64,000 bases of DNA from positions 690,292-754,291 of the forward strand of contig NW_003314289.1 of the NCBI RefSeq assembly GCF_000143415.4, read 5' to 3'. Shown one piece after another: positions 37,901 to 49,705 of the stretch. Within the stretch, counting starts at the first letter, position 1. Every line of letters begins with the position of its first letter. The translations under genes and the position numbers were made by a program. The stretch comes from Selaginella moellendorffii. Lineage: Eukaryota > Plantae > Lycopodiophyta. The notes under the pieces are model-generated. The model was not told the DNA's origin, did not search any database, and saw only the letters and a program-made list of their open reading frames with translations.

Positions 37901-40900
37901 AATGATGTTGTGGAGGATCGTGTCATTAAACTTGTATGGATTTTCCATATTAGCATATTGATTCCACCTTTGTCAATATCATTTAGTTGTGTTTAGTCTG
38001 TAGTGTTGGATTTCATTGAGTCTTGGACATGGTGAATCACTCATTGATGATGTATTATCTATAACTGAGTATTGTTGAAGGATTAGTCTCATATATTGAG
38101 TAAGGTATCTTCAATTTTGGTTAACTTGGTTGTTAAAGATTTTTGAGTGGTGATTTACTCTTATTTTTTTTTCTAACTTTGTTATGATGTCTTGTTATTG
38201 ACATTGTTGTTGTTGAGATTCAAGTGAAATAAGATATCTCTTTATAGGAATGATATTGAGTTTCATTAGTCTTGATGCAAGTAGTGTTAATGTTTAAGTT
38301 ATAGCTTTGTGTTATTAACATTCATGCATTTTCTACTTAGCAATTATATTGACATTCAAATAAATTGAGTGGTAAATTTGAGTTAGTTGTGTTCTAAACA
38401 AGATTGTTTAGTAGGGGTTGAATTTTTGTTTTTTCTTGAAAAGTGATTTAGTCATAGACTATATTAACTTTATGAAAGGAAGAGTTAATAATTGATATTA
38501 GAATGTTTGAATCTTTATTGAATTTAAATTAGGGATATATTGATCATTGATGATTTTTTTTATACTTGTTATAAAGTGAGTTACGCTTTGCTATAGATGA
38601 ATTCATAGAGGATCGTTTAGTGATCATTTGTTGAACATAACTTTGTTGTGTTTAGCTTTTGAATTGATGTAGACATCCTCTTCATTAATTTGGCATTATC
38701 AAGTTTAGCTTATAGATATGTTGAAGAGGATATTGTGGTAGTTATACCATGATTTCTTTTTAGCATTGAAGTTAATTCATGTAGAGACTCGTGATCATTG
38801 TTAGACAAGACTTAGTTATAAGCTTCTTCGAGCTTTTAGTTCTTTAAGTTTTATGCTTATTGTTTTATTTATTAAGAGTTGTTGAGAAAGGCATTTTGGA
38901 TCATTAGCTTCAATGTTGAAGTTGGCTTTTACATTTGGCAATCATTGATGACTATTAACTATCATCTAAGATAGTTGATTATTCTTGTCAAAGGTTTTGT
39001 TTGATTATTGTTGATATAGAATGATATGCCGTTCTTTGGGATGGTGGATTTTTTCTTCAATAATGATTATACATCTCTTCATTGATAGATGATTGATGAT
39101 CTTTCATGATAGTTAGTTATTCTCTTTGATAATTTTTATTTTTTTACAATACCATATGTTCTTTATGGTTTACTCTAGATTGATCTCTTGGGTTGTAAAA
39201 TGTTGCTGGCTCTTACTTAAGAAACTTGAGTCCTTTAGTATTATTAACTGGGATCTATTCAAATTAGCTAGTGCAATACTTGGCATAAACAAATGTTTAT
39301 TAGTTTTGCTACATTCATTTATTTTGTTAATTATTGTTATAGTTTGTTCTGATAAATTAGATGTTATTTCCTTTGAGTGATATATTCGTGAGTATTTTGC
39401 TAGTCAATTGATGATACTTTGTGTTTTTTACTTATCTTATATAAATGGTTTAATATGCTATCTACAATCTTTGATAGTTAAGTTTTCTCATTGAGTTTTC
39501 TTGATCATACACTAGCTATTGAATTTTTTTGGATAGTGAATCTTATGTTTTCCAAGTATAGTGATCTTAGTGGTTCCTATACTATAATACTAATTTATTG
39601 GATGATAAGTTACTTAGAATATTTTTTTGTTCTCATCTAAGATTTATTCATTGATAATTAAGTCTTTTAGATATCATTGTCTCTAACTTTGATATTATCC
39701 ATCTATTGATCTTAAAGTTTAGGTTAGTATAGGCAAATTAGCTTTGGCACTTCATGTGTGTATGTTGAAATCTTTACTTATGGGGTAAATATTATCGATT
39801 AGTCATATCACCCGCCTCTGTCAATATTCCTTATTTTGCTAAAGGGCATTACCGTGTAAACAACTCAACCTGCTTATTTACAATAGTTTATCTAAACCTT
39901 ACCAATGGGTTTGGTTTCTTTGCTCAAGAGGGGGCCTTTGGCTTCTCCCTCTATGTCTTTACAAGTAAAGGTGTATCACACTTTTGGATACTAGGTGACA
40001 CCCAAAGTAGCAAAGGTGGCTAACTCTGTTAGTCATTTCTTTGTCAGTGACAACCGGAAGGCGTCTAAGTCGGTAGTGCATCTGCATTAGATAAAAAGAT
40101 TACTTTAACTCATTTAAGTTGATGTATTTTTCACAAAGTGTGAACATTATGAACTTAGGGAAGATCGATGTCCTCGTCGATGCATACTTTAGTCTAGAGC
40201 ACCACCAAGGAAACAACTTCAGAAAAAGGGGAGAGTGTCACAAATATGACTGTAGGTATCAAAGGTTACTTGTTGGTTAGTCCTTTCAAATATTATTTCC
40301 TTTCTACTACAAGGTTGGTATTGCTAGATTCTCTATCAATCTCCACTCAAACTAGTTAAGAAACTAATCAATGGCTATATATTTAAATCAAATAAACATA
40401 AAGTAGGAACTCCTATGTATTTCTTGCTAAGCATACTCAGTCTAGTTTGAGAAACTCCTATCATTGGGTTGCACTTGTTAGTGTTGAGAACCCGTGATAT
40501 TAAGTTTGGTCTTTCAATATGTGCCAGATGATAGATTACCATGTTTGCCAAAGACCTTTAGTATCATACACCTTGTGTTAATTCCATTCAGTCCCAATTG
40601 TTATTTATGGAAAGTGTCTAGATTTACTAATTTGGCATATTTACAAAATGTAGAGATTGTCTTGAATATAATGGTGTTCATCCCATGTGCAAATTTGTCA
40701 TTCCATATTTAATAATTTTTGAGTGCCAACTAACCTGAGGCATAGTATAGCTTCCACTTGTGTGTCTGTTCTTGTTCTGTGTCTGGCTTGGGTCTAAGCC
40801 TAAGTTCCATACTATGCTAATTGGTAGAGTACCCATATCCTTGTATTACTGGTATGCTGAAATAGCGTTAAACTCCATTTTGCTCTATTTTCTGTGTTAG

Positions 40901-41208
40901 TCCTGGCATTGGGATGCTAAATGCTTTAGGATTGTTCCAAGTCGCTCTATACTCTTGTCCCTTCACTCCTTGGGCTATATACTCGGAAGTTGCTCTATGC
41001 TTTGGTTCTATCACTCTTTAGCTCCATACTTGGGAATTTGGTTCTGTTCTTTCGTTCAATAGCTTAAATCCTTGAAACTCAAGTTCCACTTTATTGTCCT
41101 TGGATATGTGGTATATGGCATGTGGCACATGGAGAGTTTAAGTTTCACTTTGTGGCTATCTTATGGTAAACCACTATAGGATAAAGGGTAAAAACCATAT
41201 GCATTATA
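34931..41208 (+). mobile_element. Decayed LTR retrotransposon, LTRs ~34931-35991 and 40236-41208
   Basis: ~1 kb direct repeats, mutated PBS TTTAGTATTAAAAG after LTR1 (cf. TGGTATCAGAG), PPT AGAAAAAGGGGAGAG immediately before TGTCAC of LTR2. No intact ORF or TSD recognisable. Confidence 0.8.
37069..37239 (-). mobile_element. Solo LTR of the Cassandra-like TRIM nested in the LTR retrotransposon
   Basis: Reverse complement reads TGTAAGCAACTAAAGAGAATG...GGTTAATCATTCTTGGGTTTGAGTAG...GGGTTGGGTAACCTCTTGAGAAGTC...GAGTTTATA, homologous to 7830-8023. Confidence 0.82.
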
Positions 41209-43008
41209 CTTACTATAGTGTTTAGGATTGTCTTTTTGTTTTTTATTTCTTCATTCTCTTTAAAATTTAGATTTGTATTAACTTTTTACAAGATCTAGAA
41301 CTATAGTTGTTATTGTGGTTATATTTACTCTTTCTTCTGATCTTCATTACATTCTTTTCTTCGACTATGCCATGCTATCATCGATCAAGAAGTATGTTAC
41401 TTGAGGCTACTAACACTACTCCATTAGATCAAACTTGGTGCTATGGGGTGTGATTATATTGGTGTTACACCCATCCTTGGTGTGTTGCTGTCTCCAACTT
41501 CCATAGAATGTGATTACATAGCTTGTCATGTTCTTGATGTTTTGTCATCTCTCATTGATGTGAAACATGATTATGACATCGATTGGTTAGCTACGGATGA
41601 TGCAATCCAGTTCTTAAAAAATATTCAAGGATCAAGTTTATAGAAAGACGATGTTTATGAGCTCGAATGGATTCTAGATTGTGATAGCTTTGGATATTAA
41701 ATGGAGATTTACAAGGTATATGTCAATTCTTCAATCTACCATCTGATCCTTTTTCTTTACTTTTTACTCTTTTTCAAAAAAATTTTATTTCTTAGCCTAA
41801 ACCACCTTCTCATATTCTTAGTATTTCTTCCTCATCTGTAGTGTTTTCTTTTCATACCACATCAATCATTTGTGACTCTTATGATTCTCATTCTCATTTT
41901 AGTGTTGAATTAAGTGTTTTCTGTCCTTTTCATACTAATTTGGATATTGACTATATATATGAAGTTGAGAATCTTATTTTTGTTTCATTGACAAAGGTTT
42001 TGATTATTTTGGTGTTGAGTATTCTCATGTTCCAAGGGTTGAGTTACTTTAGCCAAAAATTTAAATTATATTCCCCTTATTAGTGCTATTGAAAGTCTTT
42101 GTTTTACCATTGATACTAAAGAGTTTTGTATTCCCTAAGAGTATGGACATTATTATTGATTTTTCCTTCTCAAATGTTGAATTGTATATTGAGGAGGTTG
42201 AGTGGTGTAAATTATTTATTTATATTGTGGTGGCTAAAGTATTTTATGATAGAAGATTCCCTATTTTCCAAACTTTGAGCATATATCCTTCTTTTAATTT
42301 CCCCATTTTTGCATTGTTAGTTACTTTTTATAATGCTTCTTTATCCACTTTTTTTTCTTCTACACTATTTCTTCCTCAAAAAATTTCACTTTCTCCTCTT
42401 TTTACTTCAATTTTTTTTCTTTGGAGGAGGGGGTAAAGGGGATGGATGGGAATTCAACCTCGACAATAGAGTGAAGACAAATAAATATAGTAGTGGAGCA
42501 AGAATAAATGACATAAATTATGAAGTGAGGAAAAGCATTGCAAGTCCAAATAGAACATCTAACCCCCACTGAATAGATGCAATAGTGGAGTGAAAACAAA
42601 TATAATGAGTTTGAATAGAGCTAATGTTTTAAAACTTTTTTTCTTTTAAGGAAGGGATAAAGACGATATAAAGAATAAACAAAGTGAGTCTAACCTCCCA
42701 TAAGTAGTGTTGGATGAGGATAACAGTTATGACCATCCTTCCCTTCAAAAGATAAAAAGATGATGATAATAATTCAAATGGAATATCTAGAGCTTTTGCT
42801 AGGTAATTACAAACTATCATAAACAAAGTTGTTGACAACTATAATTGAAATAAAACTCAAAACCATGGTATAAACATCAATCGATTATAGAATTTTGATA
42901 AACCAATTGCAACTTCATATGCAACTACCAAATGCTTAAACCAATATCAAAGCCATAACTTTAAACTAAAGTAAGGGACTTCAAGAGCCACTATAGTTCA
43001 TAAAGCGG

Positions 43009-43112
43009 TATATATATATATATGTATGTATGTATATATATATGTATATATATGTATGTGTATATATGTATGTATGTATATATGTATATATGTATGTATG
43101 TATATATGTATG

Positions 43113-43191
<79 letters not shown>

Positions 43192-43202
43192 GTATGTATA
43201 TA

Positions 43203-43259
<57 letters not shown>

Positions 43260-43283
43260 CTGTGCGTGTGTGTGTGTGTGTGT
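43009..43283. repeat. Compound microsatellite (TA)n/(TATG)n/(GT)n
   Basis: Directly visible. It generates the YI/MYV ORFs. Confidence 0.98.
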
Positions 43284-44019
43284 ATTACCCTGGCTAAGTA
43301 ATACACTAATTATAGTACTATAGCATATGAATTGTCTATTTGAGACTTAATCTAGTCTTTCCATTCTTGTATATAACCAGTGGTCTAAACCCAAATTAAT
43401 ATACTCATTCCTATATCTTAAGCACTCACACATTCATATAAAACATAAATAAATTTTAATTAGAATTCAAAATGAAATATTGTAAAAAGGCTAAACCATC
43501 ATATAGAATCAGTGAGAGTTTTTATATTTTTCCTCTGTATTGTCACTTTAATATTTACAAAATGTTAAAAAAATTGTAATATTTTTTAATAACATAGATA
43601 ATCTCAACTCAATAATATCAATATTTGTATTTCACCAAGTATTTCAAAATTCTTTAAATAATTTTTTTCTCATATATTTTTTATAATAAAAGAAGTTCAA
43701 ACCCTCCTTAGTTATATTTTCTTTTGGTTCTTCTTGAAGAAAGTTCTATACAACAAGTTATAAATAACATAGTAATAAGAATAAAAATAAAATAAAATTC
43801 TACACCCTTATAACATATATATATATACTGATTCACATAATTTAACATAATTTTTCTGAACTATTCTATCTGGATGATAAAACACTTCCAAAAAAGTATT
43901 TTAGTGATTTTAATTAAAACACATCAAAATATCTCAAATTTGTGGAGAACAAAAATCTAACTTGCTTAAATTAATCTTATTCCCTTAACCTTATCAGAAA
44001 TTAAAACGGCAATTTTCAA

Positions 44020-45000
44020 AGTGGTTGAAACCACTCCTGAGTGGCACTGCTGTGATCAAGAATCCTTTGCATAAGAAGAGAGTTAAAATCATTCTATACA
44101 ATACAAAACTCTCACCTCTCTGCAAGGCGTTCCAGAAACAAGCGATACATGTATTTGTGGGGCAGCTCCAACAAAAACACCACCCACAAAATGGGCAACT
44201 GATCTCCTTTCCTCGGTCCTAGAATCCATGCTCCCTCAAGAAGGAAAACAAAATTAGCAGTGCTTACAGATAGAGCTTACTTGGATTTCCTGCCAGCGTC
44301 CAAAAGTTCCTTGTGTTTTCATCGCAGAGTCCACAAAAACCGTGGAAAGAAAGCATGAAAACGAGGCAACTCATCGAATTCTTTCACCAGCATACTTCTC
44401 GATCTGTCCATAGAGCTGGAGGCTTCCCTCGGAACTCGAGGAGCTAGAAAACCTGGGATTGTCTCGTCGCCGGCACCATGACGCTGCCGCGGTCGCGAAT
44501 CCAGTGCCTGGCCTGGCAGAGGAAGCTGCGCAGTCGGGAAGGGTCGACAGTAGCCACGACTCTTTCAAACACCCCTCGAAATATTGTCATCCGGAGCTAG
44601 CTCGTCTAGATCGGCCGCGAGGTCATTCTTCCGGTTTTGGAGATGAGAAGATGCAACAATCGAGCGAGGAGGAGGAAGAGGAAGAGAAGCGGCTGCGCAG
44701 CGATCATAGCTCTCTCACTCCACCCACTGCTAGGCGTAGAATCGAGAGCCAGGTAGAAGAGGACCTGCCAACGATCATCACCTCCAAGATCAGCTCCAGG
44801 AATTCCTGGACAAGACAGTGGCGATTATCCGCGCGGAGGAGGAGCCAGATCGTCCAGTGGCTGCTCCATCCCAGGATGGATTCCATCTCTTTGGGAAAGC
44901 TCCGCGAGGATAGAGAGAGTCAGGGATGGATCTTTAGAGCACAGGGCTGGTGGCAAACACTACATTCACAGTACGGTGAGAGTGTGGGAGTAGAGGCTGA
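44020..45000. pseudogene. Third, heavily deleted copy of the head-to-head DUF1350 5' end (-) / CUSTOS-like (+) pair
   Basis: Collinear with ~11100-12360, with many deletions. Confidence 0.85.
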
Positions 45001-45365
45001 GTCGTTGAGATACTTCTCAAGTGTATATGTCACAACTTCTGACGCATTTCCAACGGTTCTTGGGTGGCTTTCGTCCAGACACGTTGTCTTTCTCACCAAT
45101 GACTATGAGTCGAAGCGGCAGCTCATTCCTTGTGACATATACACTTGAGAAGTATCTCAACGACTCAGCCTCTACTCCCACACTCTCACCGTACTGTGAA
45201 TGTAGTGTTTGCCACCAGCCCTGTGCTCTAAAGATCCATCCCTGACTCTCTCTATCCTCGCGGAGCTTTCCCAAAGAGATGGAATCCATCCTGGGATGGA
45301 GCAGCCACTGAACGATCTGGCTCCTCCTCCGCGCGGGATATCGCCACTGTCTTGTCCAGGAATTC
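44800..45365. repeat. Long inverted repeat: 236-bp arms (44800-45035, 45130-45365), 94-nt loop, running into an assembly gap
   Basis: GAATTCCTGGACAAG...TATATGTCACAA mirrored by TTGTGACATATA...CTTGTCCAGGAATTC with about 3 differences. Confidence 0.93.
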
Positions 45366-46225
45366 NNNNNNNNNNNNNNNNNNNNNNNNNNNNNNNNNNN
45401 NNNNNNNNNNNNNNNNNNNNNNNNNNNNNNNNNNNNNNNNNNNNNNNNNNNNNNNNNNNNNNNNNNNNNNNNNNNNNNNNNNNNNNNNNNNNNNNNNNNN
45501 NNNNNNNNNNNNNNNNNNNNNNNNNNNNNNNNNNNNNNNNNNNNNNNNNNNNNNNNNNNNNNNNNNNNNNNNNNNNNNNNNNNNNNNNNNNNNNNNNNNN
45601 NNNNNNNNNNNNNNNNNNNNNNNNNNNNNNNNNNNNNNNNNNNNNNNNNNNNNNNNNNNNNNNNNNNNNNNNNNNNNNNNNNNNNNNNNNNNNNNNNNNN
45701 NNNNNNNNNNNNNNNNNNNNNNNNNNNNNNNNNNNNNNNNNNNNNNNNNNNNNNNNNNNNNNNNNNNNNNNNNNNNNNNNNNNNNNNNNNNNNNNNNNNN
45801 NNNNNNNNNNNNNNNNNNNNNNNNNNNNNNNNNNNNNNNNNNNNNNNNNNNNNNNNNNNNNNNNNNNNNNNNNNNNNNNNNNNNNNNNNNNNNNNNNNNN
45901 NNNNNNNNNNNNNNNNNNNNNNNNNNNNNNNNNNNNNNNNNNNNNNNNNNNNNNNNNNNNNNNNNNNNNNNNNNNNNNNNNNNNNNNNNNNNNNNNNNNN
46001 NNNNNNNNNNNNNNNNNNNNNNNNNNNNNNNNNNNNNNNNNNNNNNNNNNNNNNNNNNNNNNNNNNNNNNNNNNNNNNNNNNNNNNNNNNNNNNNNNNNN
46101 NNNNNNNNNNNNNNNNNNNNNNNNNNNNNNNNNNNNNNNNNNNNNNNNNNNNNNNNNNNNNNNNNNNNNNNNNNNNNNNNNNNNNNNNNNNNNNNNNNNN
46201 NNNNNNNNNNNNNNNNNNNNNNNNN
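45366..46225. other. Assembly gap (N run)
   Basis: 860 N. Confidence 0.99.
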
Positions 46226-46400
46226 GAGCCAACGTTTGTCACTCAAGGAGCTAGAGGTGATACTGTATCATCACATGTTTGGGTCTGAGAACGACTGATT
46301 GTACTTGAGGTGCATATCTTTTCAAAAAAGTCAATCAGAAATTCTGTTGCCTGCTCTATGGGACCAATAAAATGCTCAAGCGTTGTGATTAAGAACTTGT
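46226..46400. pseudogene. Scrambled fragments of the CR-like NTPase gene (copy 3)
   Basis: LKELEVILYHHMFGS on + abuts EQATEFLIDFFEKICTSSTISRS on -. Confidence 0.8.
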
Positions 46401-46984
46401 CTTGTGTAATTTATGTATTAAAGACATAAATTAGTGAAAGTTGCTTGTGTCTTAAATCTAGATGAGCAAAATCATGTGATTTAGAAAGAAAAGATACTTC
46501 TTAGTATGAGATTTAGATACATCGCCAAAAACCATGTATGCTATCCTTCTCCTCACTCCGTGCCGCATGCCCTCTCACTCCATTCCACTGGTAACACCCA
46601 CCATGTACGCTTGGCCAGTTGTACATCCGTGCACATTTTTATTTCTTGCACTCAGTGTAGAAATAATCTTTAAAATTCAATTTCTTACTTCTTACTAAGC
46701 ACACAATTTGAACAGAATTATACAGAATTTTAATTTGATTGAAACTATATATCTAGAACTAAATCCTCAAAGGATGTTTGCTGAAAGTTGTTTCTTACTG
46801 CCTCCGCGAACTTCCTGAGCCATGATCCTCTTGAGCTCTTCTGTCCTAAGAACGAAAAAAAACAAAAAAAAAAAACAAAAACTAAAACACGTACCCCTGG
46901 AGAATGTGCGGCGTACGTGCAATGATCCAAGCTGGGATCCTTTCTCGCGAGTGAAAACCTTGATAGAAGGCACTGCTATAAGAC

Positions 46985-48821
46985 ATACGCGAGCTGAGAA
47001 AGAAGAGAAAGGATGAACTGAAAAAAAAAGAGTAAACCTTTTCCCGTGTATCACCACGCACTAGCAGGATGGCTGCCTCAATCCGGTGGCCAGAGCAGCA
47101 CAGCAAGCGTGTCTTCACTCGATACCTGTGCGTATTGAATCCCGTAGAGAGACAGAGAGAGTAATTACCTTTTTCGTCGATGAAGCCGTCGTTGGAGCTG
47201 ACTTCCAGCAGACACCACTTTCTGGAAGCCAGTGCGACAATCGAGGAGCCTATACACCTGCATTCTTTGAAGTAAATGTTTTTCGAAAGTTTAGTTGATG
47301 GTCTCGCACTAACGGCTTGACGCAACTCCGTTTGATGGGATCGCGCAGAACGTTTTCAGCTTGTTCATCCAGGAGAGCGACTAACGCATGAACAGCAGCC
47401 TGCAGGAGAGCGTTTTTGCAACAGAAGAAGAAAATTTAAATACCAGTTCTGATTCATAAGCCGAATGGACGACATAATGCGGTGGCCTCACACAGCGAAG
47501 CAGAAGGACTTAAAAAGGACAAATATAAAGAGAGACAGAAGAGCAGTCAAATCCAAATAACAGAATAGAAACGACTTACGCTGACCAAGCGCATCTAGTG
47601 CAGCGTCCTTTGCATCCATGTCCCATCTTTCCGAGCTTCTCGCGAGATTTTTCAATCATTCCGAGAGGCGTACAAGGCTCTATCAGTCTAGACACAACTT
47701 GCATCGAGCGGGAACGCACCTTACTATCCACTTCAGCATTCCTGAGTGAGCTTAAACTGCATTAGAGACAATTAGAAGAGGACAAGCTCACTGGATCCAA
47801 AAACATGAGTGAGAAACGAATGTACCAGCAAGTAGAAGCCTTCAGCCAGTAGGTGTCTCAGCAAACTACAACCAGAAACCGTTAGGAAACAGCAAGTGTT
47901 TGACAATAGAAAAGAAGATATACCTCTCTCAGAATTTCGAGTTGAGCCAATGTATCACTAGTTGACCTGCAAAAACGGTGCCGCTGCCGACAGTCCGAAG
48001 ATTCGAGCTGCCAGAGATAACGCTCGGATTTGAGCCTGCAGGAAAACGAACGGATCAGGAGAAACCAAAGATGATCTATGTCTAGAGAGCTAACGAGAAC
48101 TACGTACAGGTCCAGCGCTTGACTTTGCTAACTTCTCAATGGCGTCTTTTGCCACGCTCGACTCCCTGCAACAAATCCAGCAAACGTGAGCGTCATTCAC
48201 ACACATAGTATGCTTGTTTACTTGTCACATATCTGTTGCTGTTTGCACAGAACTTGAATCGCCATCCTCTAGACACTTAGGCAGGTATCCAAGAAGGAAA
48301 AACTTAGGTAGCATTACGAAACGTGAAAACATAAGTTGCTACTCACGAACATGGAGCATGCGAGACGACGAACTTGTGGAGATGCCGCGTTTAAACCAGC
48401 ATTTGCATAAGGCTAACACACAAAAAACAAACAGAGAAAATTAAAATCGTAGCATGAAGGCGAGGAAGGAGCTTACGAGGATTTTGATAAGCATGCTGTG
48501 TCCAAACGACCTTCTCGACAGCATTGCTCTCACAAGCGCTGGAGTTCCTGCGGTGAATAGAACCCTGTCCAAGAAGACGAATTCAATCGCATTCGATCCC
48601 ACAAAGAAAGATCCAGAAATCTTACCTGGAGAGAACCGGAAACGGATATTTCGAGAGGAAATCCGACACAGAGCTCTCGGGAAGGGCGCGCGGCAAATGC
48701 ACGGGATCGATCGCGACAAGAATGCGACACCTGGAAGCGCGAAGAGATCAGAGGCCTCCGCCAAGAGGAGATTCGCGTCGACGCCGTCGATCGCCATCAT
48801 CCCCGCCATCATCCCTGCCAT
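46985..48821 (-). pseudogene. PSMD5/Hsm3-like pseudogene copy B
   Basis: Inverted paralog of copy A sharing the same deletions (e.g. the GAGAGCAATGCTGTC junction) plus further private ones. Confidence 0.88.
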
Positions 48822-48876
48822 CACGACGCGAAGAACAGAGCGCAAAACCCTAGTTCCCAAGAAAAGAAAGGTTCTT

Positions 48877-49473
48877 TTATTGCAATTGCAAGAAATCGAT
48901 GGATTCACAGAGCTGGATCGCCGATCGCATCTTCAATACATCTGTGGACAAGACGAGCACCAATTTCAAGCACAGATCACGCCAAATCGAATGACTCACC
49001 GCTGGAATGCCGAAGCATTCACACGCGCAGCGAATTTCCGGTGGAGTCTTCTCCTCGTCGAGCAAGAAGATGTAGTGCAGGATGATGGGAGCGGAATCAC
49101 TCTCCGGCGGGCTTGGAGCGTGATTTCGGGCGCTGAATTCACAGAAAGCCTCGTCGCACTTGGCGCTGGAGCAGTAGAACACATTCTTGCCTCTCCCGTC
49201 CGGCCTGTCGAGGTGCTGATTTCCGCAATGGCAATCCTCGCCCAGGCCCCTCACCAGCATCCTGTGCTTGTCCTTCCGGATCTCCTTCTCCTGCTCGATC
49301 CAAGCCGGGCGATCGGATGCCTCGAGCGTTCCATCACAGCTCTTGAAATGCTCGGCAGCGTCGAGCTCGCAGAAAGCCTGGCAGCATTTCCTGCAGAACA
49401 GCGAGATTCTTCCATCCGGATGCTCTTCCCTTGAGCAAGAGCAGAACTTCCACAGCGCCTTGCGAGCCGCCAT
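48877..49473 (-). CDS. Orphan protein with two B-box/PLATZ-like Cys/His zinc-binding repeats (198 aa)
   Basis: CSC..EEH...ISLFCRKCCQAFCELDAAEH and CHC.NQH...KNVFYCSSAKCDEAFCEFSARNH. ATG start, single exon. Confidence 0.62.
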   Translation of the reverse strand: MAARKALWKFCSCSREEHPDGRISLFCRKCCQAFCELDAAEHFKSCDGTLEASDRPAWIEQEKEIRKDKHRMLVRGLGEDCHCGNQHLDRPDGRGKNVFYCSSAKCDEAFCEFSARNHAPSPPESDSAPIILHYIFLLDEEKTPPEIRCACECFGIPAVSHSIWRDLCLKLVLVLSTDVLKMRSAIQLCESIDFLQLQ

Positions 49474-49705
49474 AGCTCCTCGTCCTCCAAAATATTTTCC
49501 CTCTCGTCTCGCCCTCGCTCGTTTGAAAATTTGCTTATTTGTATTCGACGGAGGGTCGGTCTAGCGTTCGAATCTGGACTAGATCAAGTCCGGTGTTCGA
49601 ATCCCAGCAAGAAAAAGCAGAGGTTCGAATCTCCACACTCACAAACTCAAATAAGTTTATTATAAATGGAGGGGGTTTAAGGGATAAACCTTATTTTTAG
49701 GTTTC

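Noticed and set aside
42998-43323. YI/MYV-repeat ORFs
   Set aside because: Microsatellite translation.
45017-46288. Long ORFs containing X
   Set aside because: They only span the N gap.
48454-49434. 326-aa + strand ORF (and its paralog 19442-19951)
   Set aside because: Antisense shadow spanning the PSMD5 pseudogene and the Zn-finger gene; no recognisable motif.
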